A stretch of 64,000 nt of DNA from an uncultured Actinomycetota bacterium (lineage in GTDB: Bacteria > Actinomycetota > UBA4738 > HRBIN12): assembly GCA_963733635.1 (NCBI GenBank), contig CAVTEH010000008.1:65746-129745 (forward strand), written 5' to 3'. A program made the position numbers and the translations under genes. Numbering within the stretch: position 1 is the first letter of the stretch; each line of letters begins with the position of its first letter. A model generated the notes under the pieces. It made no database searches. It was not told where the DNA came from and saw only the letters and a program-made list of their open reading frames with translations. Shown here piece after piece: positions 51,719-63,467 of this stretch.

Positions 51719-52915
51719 TCAGGCCTGCTCCGGGGGACGGAACTTCGCGAGCGCCGCCGTCGAGACCTGCTCGACCTGCTGCAGCTCCTCGACCAGGCCG
51801 GGGAGGACCTCGAGGAGTGCGTCGACGTCGTCCGCCGTGCTGGTCGGGCCCCAGGCCGATCCGGAAGGCGCTGATGTTGGGCAGGCCCAGTCGTTCGAGC
51901 ACCGGTGAGGCGTCCTCGGGCCGGCCGTTGCACATGGAGCCCGCGCCCAACCGCAGGCCGCGATCGTCCAGCGCCATCATGAGGGTCGCAGCGTCGAGCC
52001 CGTCCACGCTGAAGCAGACCAGATGGGGCGTGCGGTGGGTCGGGTGCCCATAGACATGGGCACCGGGCACCGATGCCTCGATGCCTTCCCGAAGGGTCGC
52101 GGTGAGCGCCCACTGCGTGGCGGCGGCATCGCCCATGGAGGCCAGGGACACCGGCAGGGCGGCCGCCATGGCGGCGATGCCCGGTGTGTTCTCCATGCCG
52201 GAGCGCCGTTTGCGCTCCCGGTCGTCACCGCACGGATACGCGGTGACCCCGACGCCACGCCGCACGTAGAGGGCCCCGACGCCCGGCGGTCCGCCGAACT
52301 TGTGCGCCGACAGCGACAGCAGATCCACGCCCGAGCCCGTCGACGTCGACCGGCAGGCGCCCGACCGTCTGGCACGCGTCGGTGTGGAACCGAACGCTTC
52401 GCCTCGCGCGCCAAGCGGGCCGCCTCGCCCACCTGCTGCATCGTGCCCAGCTCGTGGTTGGCGTGTTGCACGCTGGCCAGCAGGGTGCCGGGGACCCGGA
52501 TCTCGGCGGCGAACCGATCCATGTCCATGCGCCGTACGTCGTCGGCCGGGATCTCCACCAGCTCGAACCCGTCGCTGGCCAGCACGTTGCCGACGCCGCC
52601 GACGGAGGGATGCTCCACGGCGCTCACGACCACCCGGCTCCCCAGCTCGCGCATGGCGCGCACGCCGCCCCAGATCGCCAGGGCCACAGATTCCGTGCCA
52701 CCCGATGTGAACACGATCTCGTCGGCCTGGGCGCCGATGGCGGCGGCCACGGCCTCGCGACCCTCGTCCAGCATGGATCGGGCGAGCCGGCCGGGCCCGT
52801 GGATCATGAGCGGGTCGCCGAAGGTGTCGGCGGCGGCGATGAACGCCTCACGGGCTTCGGGCAGCAGCGGGGTGGCCGACGCCGCGTCCAGATAGATCGT
52901 GCTCACCATCTCCAC
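51719..52915 (-). pseudogene. Cysteine desulfurase (NifS/IscS-like class V aminotransferase), about 2 frameshifts as assembled
   Basis: [26 protein letters not shown], then after a shift near 52385 [18 protein letters not shown] (PLP lysine), SGMENTPGI. After a shift near 51850 the C-terminus reads ..[17 protein letters not shown] and ends at 51719. Confidence 0.82.
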
Positions 52916-52943
52916 AGACTATCCGTGGCTCGGCGACGGAACG

Positions 52944-53634
52944 TCAGGGCGTGAGCGGTTCCTTGTCCTTCAGGAACGCGGCCCAGTAGAGGACTCCCGC
53001 GATGATGCCCCCTGCGATGGGGCCGACCAGCCACACGTACCAGTCGGACCAGTCGGTCGTGGCGAGCGCCGGGCCGAGCCAGCGTGCAGGGTTCATGGCG
53101 GCGCCCGTGTAGGGGCCGAAGGCCATGATGTCGAACGCGATCACCAGGCCGATCGTCAGCCCTGCCGTCTTCGCGAAGGGTCCGCGATCGTCGACCGCCG
53201 TGCCGAACACCGCGAACACCAGGAAGAAGGTGCAGGTCGCCTCGATCAGGATGCCCTTGCCGATCGCGATGCCGTCGCCGAGTGCCGGGATCCCGCCGTT
53301 GCCGGCATCGAAGATGGTGCCGGGCACCAGGAACTTCAGCAGGAACGCGCCGGCGATCGCCCCCGCCAGCTCCGCCGCGATCAGGATCGCGGCACGTGGG
53401 GTGGGCAGCTTGCCGGTCACCCAGAGCGAGATCGCCACGGCGGGATTCACGAGGCCCCCGGAGATGCGCGGCGGTCACCGAGATCATGATCGCCAACGCG
53501 AGCCCGTGCGCCAGGGCGACACCCGTCAGATCGAGCTGACCCGCCGCGTTGAGCAGGACCGCACCGGCACCGATGAAGATGAGCGTGAACGTCGCGACGA
53601 ACTCCGCGACCGCCGCCTTCGCGTTGCTGTCCAC
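52944..53634 (-). CDS. MIP-family channel (aquaporin/glycerol facilitator); one frame break
   Basis: GTG 53634 follows AGGAGGAACC and gives VDSNAKAAVAEFVATFTLIFIG. After a shift near 53462, ISGGLVNPAV (first NPA) continues in ORF 52944..53450, which carries the second NPA (AAMNPAR). Confidence 0.85.
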
Positions 53635-53724
53635 GGTTCCTCCTGCGCGCTGTCGTGCTGCTGAGTCGGGCGAGCCTATCCGAGGCCGCGACGGGCGGCA
53701 AAGCGTTGCGGCGTCCGTAGTATC

Positions 53725-54120
53725 GTGCCTGCCGTGGACGTGTTGCTGGTGTCGCCCGAGGCTGGTTCCAGGGATCAGATGGCGCTCGCGGTGCGCAGCA
53801 TCGAGCGTGCGCTGAGCACCCAGCTCCGGTTCCGCGCGGCTGCCAACGGCGAGCTGGGGATCCGCGCCGCGCTCCGCGATCGTCCCGACATCGTGGTGGC
53901 CGACGAGATCGCCTCGCGGGCCGGGGCCTTCGCTCTGGCCAAGGCGTTGCGCGACGACGCGGTGCCCTTCCGGGGGGTCATCGTGATCTTGCTCGAGCGC
54001 AAGCACGATGCCTGGTTGGCGCGATGGTCGGGGGCCGACGCCTGGTACGTGAAGCCGGTCGATCCGTTCGAGCTGGCCGACCGGCTGCTGGAACTGGTCA
54101 GCGAGAAGGAGAGCGCGTGA
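53725..54120 (+). CDS. Receiver (REC)-like single-domain protein, atypical
   Basis: VLLVSPEAGS (lacks the acidic pair), PDIVVADEIAS, GADAWYVKPVDPFEL (the conserved K-P of receivers). Confidence 0.6.
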   Translation: MPAVDVLLVSPEAGSRDQMALAVRSIERALSTQLRFRAAANGELGIRAALRDRPDIVVADEIASRAGAFALAKALRDDAVPFRGVIVILLERKHDAWLARWSGADAWYVKPVDPFELADRLLELVSEKESA

Positions 54121-54405
54121 AGATCCAGGGCACCGACAAGCGCACCCAACGCGAGCTGCTGGTGGAGCAGGTCATCGAGAACGGTGGCAGCTCGCCATGG
54201 GACGGTCAGCCGTACAGCCCCGACTACGCCGTCACGCTGGTGAACGCGCTCCGCGACGCCGCCGACGCCGGCTCGAAGCTGGAGGAGGCGCTGAGGCGTC
54301 ATCGCCGACCTGCGGCCGGACTTCACGTTGGACGAGGCCAGCATCGTGGGGCCGTTGCGGCTGCAGCTGGACCGGCTCAATCGCAACCTGGTGCAGCAGG
54401 GCTAG
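54117..54405 (+). CDS. Hypothetical protein (~95 aa); one frame break
   Basis: GTG 54117 overlaps the upstream stop (GTGA) and gives VKIQGTDKRTQRELLVEQVIENGGSSPWDGQPYSPDYAVTLVNALRDAADAGSKLEEAL. After a shift near 54295 it continues ..DLRPDFTLDEASIVGPLRLQLDRLNRNLVQQG and ends at TAG 54403-54405. I recognise no family. Confidence 0.45.
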
Positions 54406-54413
54406 GCGGCGAC

Positions 54414-54650
54414 ATGTCGGCGGGCGAGAACGGGTTCGGGGTGGAGCTCCGTGAGGGCGAGCACGGGTGGCAGGTGACCATCGTCGACGCCGCCGGCGCC
54501 GTCGTCTCCGAGCGGCCCTGTCGTGATCATCCCGAGGCCCGGATCCTGGCCTCGACCGTTCGCCAGCACATCTACTGGCTTTCGGCGGACCGGTTCCGCA
54601 GCTACTACGGCATCGAAGGCTCGGAGCCCGAGACGGTCGTGGTGCCCTGA
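54414..54650 (+). CDS. Hypothetical protein (78 aa)
   Basis: ATG 54414 gives MSAGENGFGVELREGEHGWQVTIVDAAGAVVSERPCRDHPEARILASTVRQHIYWLSADRFRSYYGIEG. Codon usage matches the neighbouring genes. The stop overlaps the next ATG. Confidence 0.5.
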   Translation: MSAGENGFGVELREGEHGWQVTIVDAAGAVVSERPCRDHPEARILASTVRQHIYWLSADRFRSYYGIEGSEPETVVVP

Positions 54651-54757
54651 TGGGCTTCAACTATCAGCAGCCCGGCAAGGTCAAGAAGGTGGACCTCATC
54701 ATCTTCGGCGTGGCGGTCGTCGTGATCGTGGCGCTCGTGCTCTGGGCGATCCTGTAG
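54650..54757 (+). CDS. Small (35 aa) single-TM peptide
   Basis: TGATG overlap with the upstream gene. The product is MGFNYQQPGKVKKVDLIIFGVAVVVIVALVLWAIL. It is below the track's size cutoff. Confidence 0.4.
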   Translation: MGFNYQQPGKVKKVDLIIFGVAVVVIVALVLWAIL

Positions 54758-54765
54758 GCGGGTCC

Positions 54766-55145
54766 GTGACCTCGGATCGCTCGGCGCTGGACTTCTGCTA
54801 CCTCACGACCACGGGCCGGGTCACCGGCATGCCCCATCGCATCGAGATCTGGTTCGCGCTGCACGAGAGCACGGTCTACCTGATGGCCGGTGACCGCGAC
54901 CGCAGCGACTGGGTGCGCAACCTCATGGCCGACCCCGAGGTCACCCTCGAGTCGGCGATCGCAAGCGCGCGACGCCGGGCGCGCGTGGTCGAGGCCGGCA
55001 CGACGAGGATGCCCTGGCCCGCCGTCTGCTGTTGGAGAAGTACGGTGACCGGCCTGGCTCGGGCGACCTGACGGTGTGGGGCCGGTCCGCGCTGCCCGTC
55101 GCCATCGAGTGGCCGGCGGGCACCAGCTACACATCGCTCGGGTGA
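54766..55145 (+). CDS. DUF385 nitroreductase-family deazaflavin (F420)-dependent oxidoreductase-like protein; one frame break
   Basis: LTTTGRVTGMPHRIEIWFA..YLMAGDRDRSDWVRNLMADPEVTL. After a shift near 54955 it continues ..DEDALARRLLLEKYGDRP...GRSALPVAIEW and ends at TGA 55143-55145. Confidence 0.7.
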
Positions 55146-55178
55146 AGTGCGGCCGAGCGGCGACGCGAACCGGACTCG

Positions 55179-55470
55179 TCAGCCTTCGTCGAAGCCGATG
55201 GAGAACAGCCGCTCCAGGTCGTGCTTGGAGTAGACCTGGAAGCTGATCAGGGTTTCGGTGCGCTCCACGCCGTCGACCTTGGCGATGCCGCCGGGGATGA
55301 CCGAGGCCAGATCCTGGTGATCGGGCACTCGCACGATCGCGATCAGGTCGAACTCACCCGCGACCGAATACACCTCGCTCACGCCGTGCAACTCGGCGAT
55401 CGCCTGCGGCCGCCTCGGGGATCACGTCGATCTCGCATTGGATCAGGACCACGGCGTGGACGGTGCTCAT
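55179..55470 (-). CDS. Lrp/AsnC ligand-binding-domain (RAM) protein, about 96 aa; one frame break
   Basis: ATG 55470 gives MSTVHAVVLIQCEIDVIPEAA. After a shift near 55405 it continues ..ELHGVSEVYSVAGEFDLIAIVRV..VERTETLISF in ORF 55179..55391. Confidence 0.75.
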
Positions 55471-55498
55471 GGGCGGTGACGGCTCCTTCCCTGCGCCC

Positions 55499-56683
55499 TC
55501 AGGCGCGCTCCAGCACGACGGCGAGACCCTGGCCGCCCGAGATGCACAGGGTCGCCAGGCCCAGCGTCAGGTCGCGCTCGGCGCATCTCGTAGGCGAGGC
55601 GTCAGGATCACGCGCGCACCGCTCATGCCGATCGGATGGCCCAGGGAGATGCCGCCACCCTTGGTGTTGAGCTTGGCGCGGTCGAACTTCAGCTCGCGCT
55701 CGCACGCGATGACCTGAGCTGCGAAGGCCTCGTTGATCTCGATCGCATCGAAGTCGTCGATCGTGCAGCCCAGCCGATCCATCACCTTCTGGGTGGCCGG
55801 CACCGGGCCGATGCCCATGATCTCCGGCGGCACGCCCGCCCACGACATGGCGGCGATCGAGGCGAGCGGCTCGCGTCCTTCCGCCTCGGCGCGCGTGACT
55901 CGCTCATGAGCACCATCGCTGCCGCGCCGTCGGTGATGCCGCTGGCGTTGCCGGCGGTCACGCTGCCGCCCTCACGGAAGACCGGCTCGCAGGGCGGCGA
56001 GGGAGTCCATGGTGGACATCGGGCCGGACGTGCTCGTCGTCGGTGATCGTGCTCGTCTCGCGTCCGAGCCGGGACCTCGACCGGCAACGATCTCGTCCGC
56101 CCGAGAGGTCGGCGCCCTCGGCCGCCAGCTGCTGCGATCGCAGCGCGAACTCGTCCTGCTCGGTTCGTGCAGATGTCGTACATGTCGACGAGGTTCTCGG
56201 CGGTCTCGCCCATGATGAGATCGCAGAGCGGGTCGAACAGGCCGTCGCGGTACATCGCGTCGACCACCTCGGTGTTGCCCAGCCGGTGCCCGAGCCGCAT
56301 GTCGGGCAGCAGGAAGGGCACGCGGGTCATGTTCTCCATGCCGCCGACCAGCACGACCTCGGACGTCGCCGAGCATGGATCTGCTGCGCACCCAGCTGCG
56401 TCGCTTTCATGCCGGACCCGCAGGCGATGTTGACGTTGTAGGCGCTGACTTCCTTGGGGACTCCGGCGCGGATGCTCACCTGGCGCCCGGTGTTGGGACC
56501 GTTGCCGGCCTGGCGCGCGTGTCCCAGGATCGTCTGGTCGACCTGGTCGGGGTCCACGTTCGCCCGGCGCATCGCCTCGACCGCCGCCCGTGTGCCCAGC
56601 TCCACCGCGGTGGTCTCGGCGAACGAGCCCAGGAACTTGCCGATGGGGGTGCGTGCGCCCTCGACGATGACCGCTCGTTCCAT
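55499..56683 (-). pseudogene. Acetyl-CoA acetyltransferase (thiolase), at least 5 frameshifts as assembled
   Basis: MERAVIVEGARTPIGKF, NIACGSGMKA (active-site Cys), VLVGGMENM, SVTAGNASGITDGAAA, NEAFAAQV, GGGISLGHPIGMSGAR, LCISGGQGLAVVLE. These motifs are spread over at least 5 frames/ORFs in colinear order. Confidence 0.88.
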
Positions 56684-56721
56684 GCGGCCAGTCTAGCCGG
56701 CCGGTCCCGGCCGACCCGGCG

Positions 56722-58362
56722 TCAGTCGTCGCGCTCCGATCGGCGCTGCTGCGCGAGGATGCGCGCGATCGTGGCGCCTCCTCGACGGGCTCGTGCGGAG
56801 CGACATCGGCGGTCATGACCGCGCCCGGATGGCGGCGCGAGCCAGGAACGCACGGCGCCGAGCTCGGTCGGCGCGCTCGCGAGGACAGGGGAGCGAGATC
56901 GGTCCTTCCGGCGAGCGCGGTCGTCACGAGCGCCCCCCCGTCGAAGCGGCAGAGCGACCCGTCGGCGACCGACACCTCAAGTCGCCCCGCCCCGACGATC
57001 CAGGCATCCTGACGGTCGCGATGGAGCGCCGCGGCCAGCGCCCGCAACCGATCGCGGACCAGGGCCGCCTGCTCGTACCGTTCTTGGGCCGCCAGGTCGT
57101 CCATCTGGCGTTCGAGCGCTTCGAGGAGCCCGCCCGGCGAGGCGGTCAGGGAGGAGACGAGCCCGCGGACGAGCTCTCCGTAGCGCTCGGGGGTGGTCCT
57201 GCCGTCGCAGGGTGCGAGGCAACGGCCCATGTCGGCCAGGGCGCACGCCGCGAAGCGCGTGCGGGCACCCATGGCGGTGGTGCATCGGCGGATCGGGATG
57301 AGCGTTTCGAGCGCATCCTTGACGTCGCGGGCACGAGCGGACGAGGAGAACGGCCCGAGGTAGCGGCACCCGTCATCGGGTCTGGCGGCGCGGACGATCT
57401 TCAGACGGGGGTAGGCCTCGGATGGGTCGAGCTTGAGGTAGGCGCCCTTCCTCCATCCCTTGCCTCGCCGGTTGTAGGGGGGCTCGTGGCGCCGGATCAT
57501 GCGGGCTTCGACCACCAGGGCTTCGAGCTCGCCGGCGCATGCGATGCCCTCGACCGCGCGCACCTCGGCTCAGCAGGTGCTCGACCTTCTTGCGCTCGTC
57601 GCCGTAGAAGTAGGACTTCACCCGGGCCCGCAGGTCGTTGGACTTGCCCACGTAGAGCACCTGGCCGTCGCGTCCCCGGAACACGTAGACGCCCGGTGCG
57701 TGCGGCAGGCCGTCGGCCAGGGCGATCTTGCCGAAGTTGGGCCGGCCCCGCGCCTTGCACGACCTCGTGCAGGTCGCCGAGCGTGCGGATCCCCAGCCGT
57801 CCACCCAGCGCCAGCAGGCCCTGCAGCACCTCGGCGCACGCCTCGGCGTCGTCCAGTGCGCGATGGATGGGCGTGGCGCGTGTCCGGAAGTACTCCGCCA
57901 GCGTTCGAAGCTTCACGTTGGGTACGTCGGGCCACACGACCCTGCGGGCGAGGCGGGCGGTGCACACCGGCGGTCCGGGCAGCAGCGGGTAGTCGAGGGC
58001 CGCAGGTTCTCGTTGAGGAACGTGAAGTCGAATCGCGCGTTGTGCGCCACGATCGTGGCCCCTCGAGCGAACTCGCAGAACGCCGGCAACACTTGCTCGA
58101 TGGGAGGCTCGCCGGCGACGAGGCGATCGTCGATGCCGGTGAGATGGGCGATGCGGGCGGGGATGTGCTGGCGGGGATCGACGAGCGACTGGAACGACCC
58201 CAGCCGCTCGCCGCCCAGGTAGCGCACCGCGCCGACCTCGGTGATGCGGCTGGTCCGTGGGGAGCCGCCCGTGGTCTCGAGGTCGACGACGCAGAAATGG
58301 ACCTGGTCCAGCGGCACGCCTTGGTCGAGCGTGGTCTGGATGGGTTCGGCCAGCACCGCCAT
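56722..58362 (-). pseudogene. DEDDh 3'-5' exonuclease (DnaQ-like) / GIY-YIG (UvrC/Cho-like) nuclease fusion, at least 4 frameshifts as assembled
   Basis: ATG 58362 gives ...FCVVDLETTG, IVAHNARFDFTFL and HRALDDAEA (exonuclease motifs I-III). [43 protein letters not shown] (GIY-YIG) and a UvrC-like middle region follow. The junctions are near 57995, 57760, 57570 and 56800. Confidence 0.8.
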
Positions 58363-58463
58363 CGCCTCCGTCGGAAGGGGCCGAACGGAGCCGGACGGTA
58401 TCGAACACCTGTTCGGATGTCAAGGGTGACGGGAACGATCAACCCGTGACGGCGCCGACGAGC

Positions 58464-59071
<608 letters not shown>

Positions 59072-59075
<4 letters not shown>

Positions 59076-60128
59076 GATCGCGCCTCGGTGGGGGACCAGA
59101 CCTCGTCCCCCCGGCGGGCCCGCACCCCGTGGAGGTCGAAGTCGAACGGCGCGAACTGCCCGCCCATGGCTTCCAAGCGAGGCCCGCACCTGCGCCCGGA
59201 CCTCGGGCGAGCAGGCGATCAACAGGTACCCGCCTCCGCCCGCTCCGCAGATCTTGCCCCCCGTCGCGCCGGCCGCCTGCGCGCGCCTCGAGCATCGCGT
59301 CGATGGGTGTGTCGTCGGTGACGTGCGGGTTCATGCGCTTCTTGGACTCGAACGCCTCGCGCAGCATGCCGCCCAGGTCCTCGAGGTCGCCGTGCTCGAT
59401 GATCTCGCGCATCGCGTAAGCCATCTCGACGAACTGCTTCATGCCGAGCAGGGTGTCTTCGCGGTCCCGTCGGAACAGCTCGATCTGGGTGTCGATGAGC
59501 CCGACGTTGCGCCGTACGGTGCCCGTGTAGCACAGCAGCAGGCTCCGCCGCGAGATCCTCCAGGCGCGCGGCGTCGGCTCGCACCGGCGTCACGGTGGTC
59601 CCGTCCGCTCGGAACTCGATCAGGTTGCAGCCGCCGAACGCCGCGGCGTACTGATCCTGCCACCGCCGCTGATCCCGAGGTCGTCGCGCTCCACGGCGTA
59701 GGAAAGGGCCGCGAGCTCGTGCGCGGTCGAGGGAGCGATCCTGCACCATGGCGAGGCCCGCGACCACGGCGGTCACCAGAGCCGAGGACCCGCCCAGGCC
59801 GCTGCCCGGCGGCGCCTCGGATTCGATGTCCACGTCGACGCCGGTCTCCACGCCCATCCGCGCGATCGCGGCCTTGGCCAGGTCCAGGACCCCGTCGTAG
59901 TGCGGGGGCTCATCGAGGCGGTACTCCACCAGGTGGCCCAGATCGAGGGAACGAACGCGGACCTGGCGATCGGCGCGAGGTTCGATCGTGACCCGCACGA
60001 CGTGGTCGATCGTCGCCGAGAGCACCGCGCCCCCGTGCTGGCGGTACCAATGCGGGAAGTCGGTGCCGCCGCCCACGAAGCTGATGCGCAGCGGAGCGAC
60101 GGCGTGGATCCGGGTCTGGTCGGGCCAT
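59072..60128 (-). pseudogene. GHMP-family sugar kinase (D-glycero-D-manno-heptose-7-phosphate kinase-like), at least 4 frameshifts as assembled
   Basis: APLRISFVGGGTDFPHWY, the GHMP motif PPGSGLGGSSALV, QDQYAAAFGG, LLLCYTG, GGKICGAGGGGYLL. The start ATG 60128 needs an indel near 60115-60120 to join the main frame. Confidence 0.75.
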
Positions 60129-60189
60129 GGCAGGAACCCGCAGTCTAGGGGAGCCGGGAACGCGCGGCGAGGCGATCACTGGTCGCGGC

Positions 60190-60468
60190 TCAGGCGACCT
60201 GACGCTGCAGCCGCCGTCGCTGCTGCTCGGTGAGCCCGCCCCACACGCCGTAGCGCTCGCCGTTCTTGAGCGCCCAGGCCAGGCATTCGGTCTTGATACG
60301 GCATGCGTTGCAGAAGGTGAGTGCCGGGCCGGCTTCCTCTTCGGAGATGGGGAAGAACAGGTCGGGGTCGATGCCGAAACATGCCGCGCGGTCTTGCCAG
60401 AAGTCCGGGGGTGAAGGATTCCTCGGCAGCAGATCGATGTCGACGTTCGGGAATCGTTCGATCCTCAC
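60190..60468 (-). CDS. WhiB-family (Wbl) Fe-S transcriptional regulator
   Basis: It has four Cys in the Wbl arrangement (AACFG..., FCNACRIKTEC) followed by GVWGG and a basic tail (QQRRRLQR). Confidence 0.92.
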   Translation of the reverse strand: MRIERFPNVDIDLLPRNPSPPDFWQDRAACFGIDPDLFFPISEEEAGPALTFCNACRIKTECLAWALKNGERYGVWGGLTEQQRRRLQRQVA

Positions 60469-60618
60469 GTGTTGCTACCTCCCCCTCGGATCGCCGCGGC
60501 GGCGGGCGCCTCACCGCGGGGGACGATTCATAACAGAGCGCGCGCCGTCCAGCGGAAGGGGTCGAACGCAGGCAATCCCGTCACCCCCGGCAGAGGGACA
60601 GGAAATGACTCGAACGGG

Positions 60619-61501
60619 CTAGTCCGGCCGGTCACACAGGCGCCAAACGGGCACCTCCGGGGAGGTGAGGACGGCCGCGCGCGACGCCCAGACGACCCGG
60701 GCGATGCCGACGGTCCCGCACCGCGGGCCGCCACGGCGCTCGTCACCGACCCGGCCTCATGCGCCGTCCATCGAGGAGCGGTGCGCCCGGCGCGACCGCA
60801 CGCCTCGCTGCGACGATGGCGCAGCACCGTGGGCGGGTGGCCCAGATTGCGGATCTTGGCGACGGACTCCTGGCCGAGGAAGCACCCCTTGGTGACGTCG
60901 ATCGTGTCGTCGAGGCCGGCCTCGGCCGGAAGGGCGCCCTCCTCGAAGTCGACGCCCATCCGCGGGTCGCCTCGGCGGACCCGCCACACCTCCAACGACG
61001 GCTCGCCCACCTCGACGAGTCTCGTCGAGCGCCCGTGCGCGTGACCGATGCCCGCGGTCGTGGCCGACGAGATCGCGGCCCGGGCCGAGGAACGAGGGAC
61101 TCATGCCCCGCTCGGCCCGGCCGGCAGCCGTACGCCACCAGCGTCCAGACCGGGAGGTCGGCGGTCCGATCGATCGAGGCTGACGTCGGAGGAAAGACGT
61201 AGATCGACAGCAGCTCGTCGATCGCCTGCGGTTGGTCCGTGCGCTGGAGCAGCACGGAACCCGTCGTCGATCGCGCGCCCACCATGAAGTCCGCCCTGAT
61301 CCGTCCGGTCGGCGTCAGCAGGAGCGATCGGCGGGCCTGCCCGGGTTCCAGCGAGGCGACATCGGTCGTGACCAGGTCGTGGAGCCACGCGGCGCATCGG
61401 AGCCCCGGACCTCGACGATCCGGACCTCGGCCGGACGCGCCAATGCGCGTCCTTCGCTCGATCGCGGCGAGCTCGTCGGGGGTCGCGTCCAGCGTTTCCA
61501 T
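60619..61501 (-). pseudogene. ygfZ: YgfZ/GcvT-like folate-binding protein, at least 3 frameshifts as assembled
   Basis: N-terminal GcvT-like region (LHDLVTTDVASLEPGQARRSLLLTPTGRIRADF), the signature KGCFLGQESVAKI, and a C-terminus ..GIARVVW..; the inferred stop is at 60619-60621. Confidence 0.7.
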
Positions 61502-61524
61502 CCCTCTGCGAGGATATCGGCGCC

Positions 61525-62664
61525 GTGGACGTTCCCCACACCCTCGTGGTCACGAACGACTACCCGCCCCGCGTGGGGGGCATCCAGCGAACGCTCGAGG
61601 CGCTGGTGAAGGAGTTGCCTCCCGACCGGGTCGGGCGTGTTCTGTCCGGCGTGGGACGAGGCGGCGACGTTCGACGGCGCCGCTCCCTACCGCGTGTTCC
61701 GCCAAGCCGAACGGACGCTGACGCCGACGCCGGACGTCGGGCGACGCGTTCGGCGGCGGTCGAGTGCGATGGGCGCCGAGGTCGTGCTGTTCGGAGCGAC
61801 CTACCCGCTTGGCGATGCTCGGGCCCGCGCTCGCGTCCGAGGGACGCCCGTACCTGCGGCGGCGCACGGCTTCGAGTACTGGTTGTCCGTCGCGCCGGGA
61901 GCGCACAGCATGATGCGCTACGCGACCTCGAGGGCCGCGCGGGTGCCGGTGATGTGCAGCGAGTTCATCGCCCGGACGGTGCGCACCGCCGTGCCTCGAT
62001 CGGTGCCGGTCTCGGTGCTGTATCCGGGTGCCGACGTGGAATCGTTCCGCCCAGATCTGCCGACCGCGGACCTCCGTGAGCGCCACGGGATCGGCGACCG
62101 GCCGTTGGTGGTCTGCGTGAGCCGGCTGGTGGCTCGCGAAGGGCCAAGACGTGTTGATCCGTGGCATCGAACGCGGTTCGCGCGCCGGGTGCCGGACGCG
62201 GCGCTGCTCATCGTGGGCGGCGGTCCCGTACGAGGGGAAGCTGCGGGCGATCGCCGAGCTCGCGCCCGCGGGCTCGGTGTTCTTCTCCGGCCAGGTGTCC
62301 GAGCACGACCTTCCGCGCTACTACGCGGTCGGCGACGTGTTCGCGATGCCGTGCCGGACCCGGCTGGCCGGCATGGAGGTCGAGGGCTGGGGCAACGTGT
62401 TCATGGAGGCCGCCGCGTGCGCGAAGCCGGTCGTCGTGGGTGATTCCGGCGGGGCTCGGGAGACGCTGATCGACGGTGAGACCGGACTCCTGGTGGACGG
62501 AACGGACGTCGATCGGGTCGCCGACGCGGTCGCCGACCTGCTTGGCCGACCCCGATCGGGCCGCGCGATGGGGGAGGCCGGGCGGGCTCGGGTGCTCGCG
62601 CGCTTCACCTGGCCCGCCGTGGCGGCGCGGCTGGCCCTGTGGCTCCAGGCCGCGTGCTCGCTGA
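61525..62664 (+). pseudogene. GT4 (GT-B) glycosyltransferase, PimB-like mannosyltransferase; multiple frameshifts as assembled
   Basis: LVVTNDYPPRVGGIQRTLE, SEFIARTV, PLVVCVSRLV, LLIVGGGPYEGKL, and the E-x7-E region EGWGNVFMEAAACAKPVVVGDSGGARE. The 3' end is uncertain: there is a TGA at 62662-62664 in one frame. Confidence 0.75.
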
Positions 62665-62706
62665 GCGCTTCCCCGCCCGGGCCACTTCGGGGGGTACCCT
62701 GGCGCC

Positions 62707-63429
62707 ATGCAGGGGTCGGGGCCGGGCGAGGAGGCCGCCGGGCCGGGGATCGACGGTGCCCGGACTGCGGCGCCCTGGTGAGCGAGGACGCCGCTGGTGC
62801 GGCCAGTGCTTCCGATCGCTGATCGAGCCGGTGCCCGAGCCCGAGCGCGATCGGCCCGGTCCGCCTCGGATGCGCTCGAGGCGCCGAGCCCCGACCGGCG
62901 AGACGCGCGTCCGACGCGGTGGCGCCGTCCGCGGGACCTCGCCGATGGCGCCGCGAAGGCAGCCGACCTGGCCGTGCCCGGCATGCGGCAACGAGAACCC
63001 GCATCGAGCTCGACGTCTGCGTCGTGTGCGGCACGTCGTTCGCGGCCATGATGCGCCACGGCGAGCCCGCTCGACGATCGATCCCGCGACGCGGTGAAGG
63101 CGTCGCTGCATCTTCCCGGTCTCGGGCATCGCAAGGCCGGACGAGGGGCCGACGGGCTGGCGCGTGGCGTGCTGTTCACGCTGGTGCTGGCCATGGCGAT
63201 CCTGACCGGGCTGTCGGGCCTGTCGACGACGGCGCGGTGGGCATCTTCCTGATGTACTTGGTCACCGCGATCGCGGTCTACGTGGGATCGGCGTACGAGG
63301 CTCGCCACATCGCCGCCGGAGGGCGAGCCGTTCATCGGCGCCAGGACAGCTGCTGTGGGTCACGGTGGGGTTGATCCTGGCGTCCGTGGCCCTGGTGGGG
63401 ACGCTCGTGGTGTTCGGGGCGCGCCGGTG
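62707..63429 (+). pseudogene. Zinc-ribbon domain membrane protein, multiple frameshifts as assembled
   Basis: It has two CxxC...CxxC ribbons (CPDCGALVSEDA.RWCGQCF and CPACGNENP..LDVCVVCG). Hydrophobic segments follow (GVLFTLVLAMAILTGL, IFLMYLVTAIAVYVG, LLWVTVGLILASVALVGTLVVF). Confidence 0.55.
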
Positions 63430-63467
63430 AACGGAACGTCCGAGTCAGACGGTAGGATTCCGAGCCC

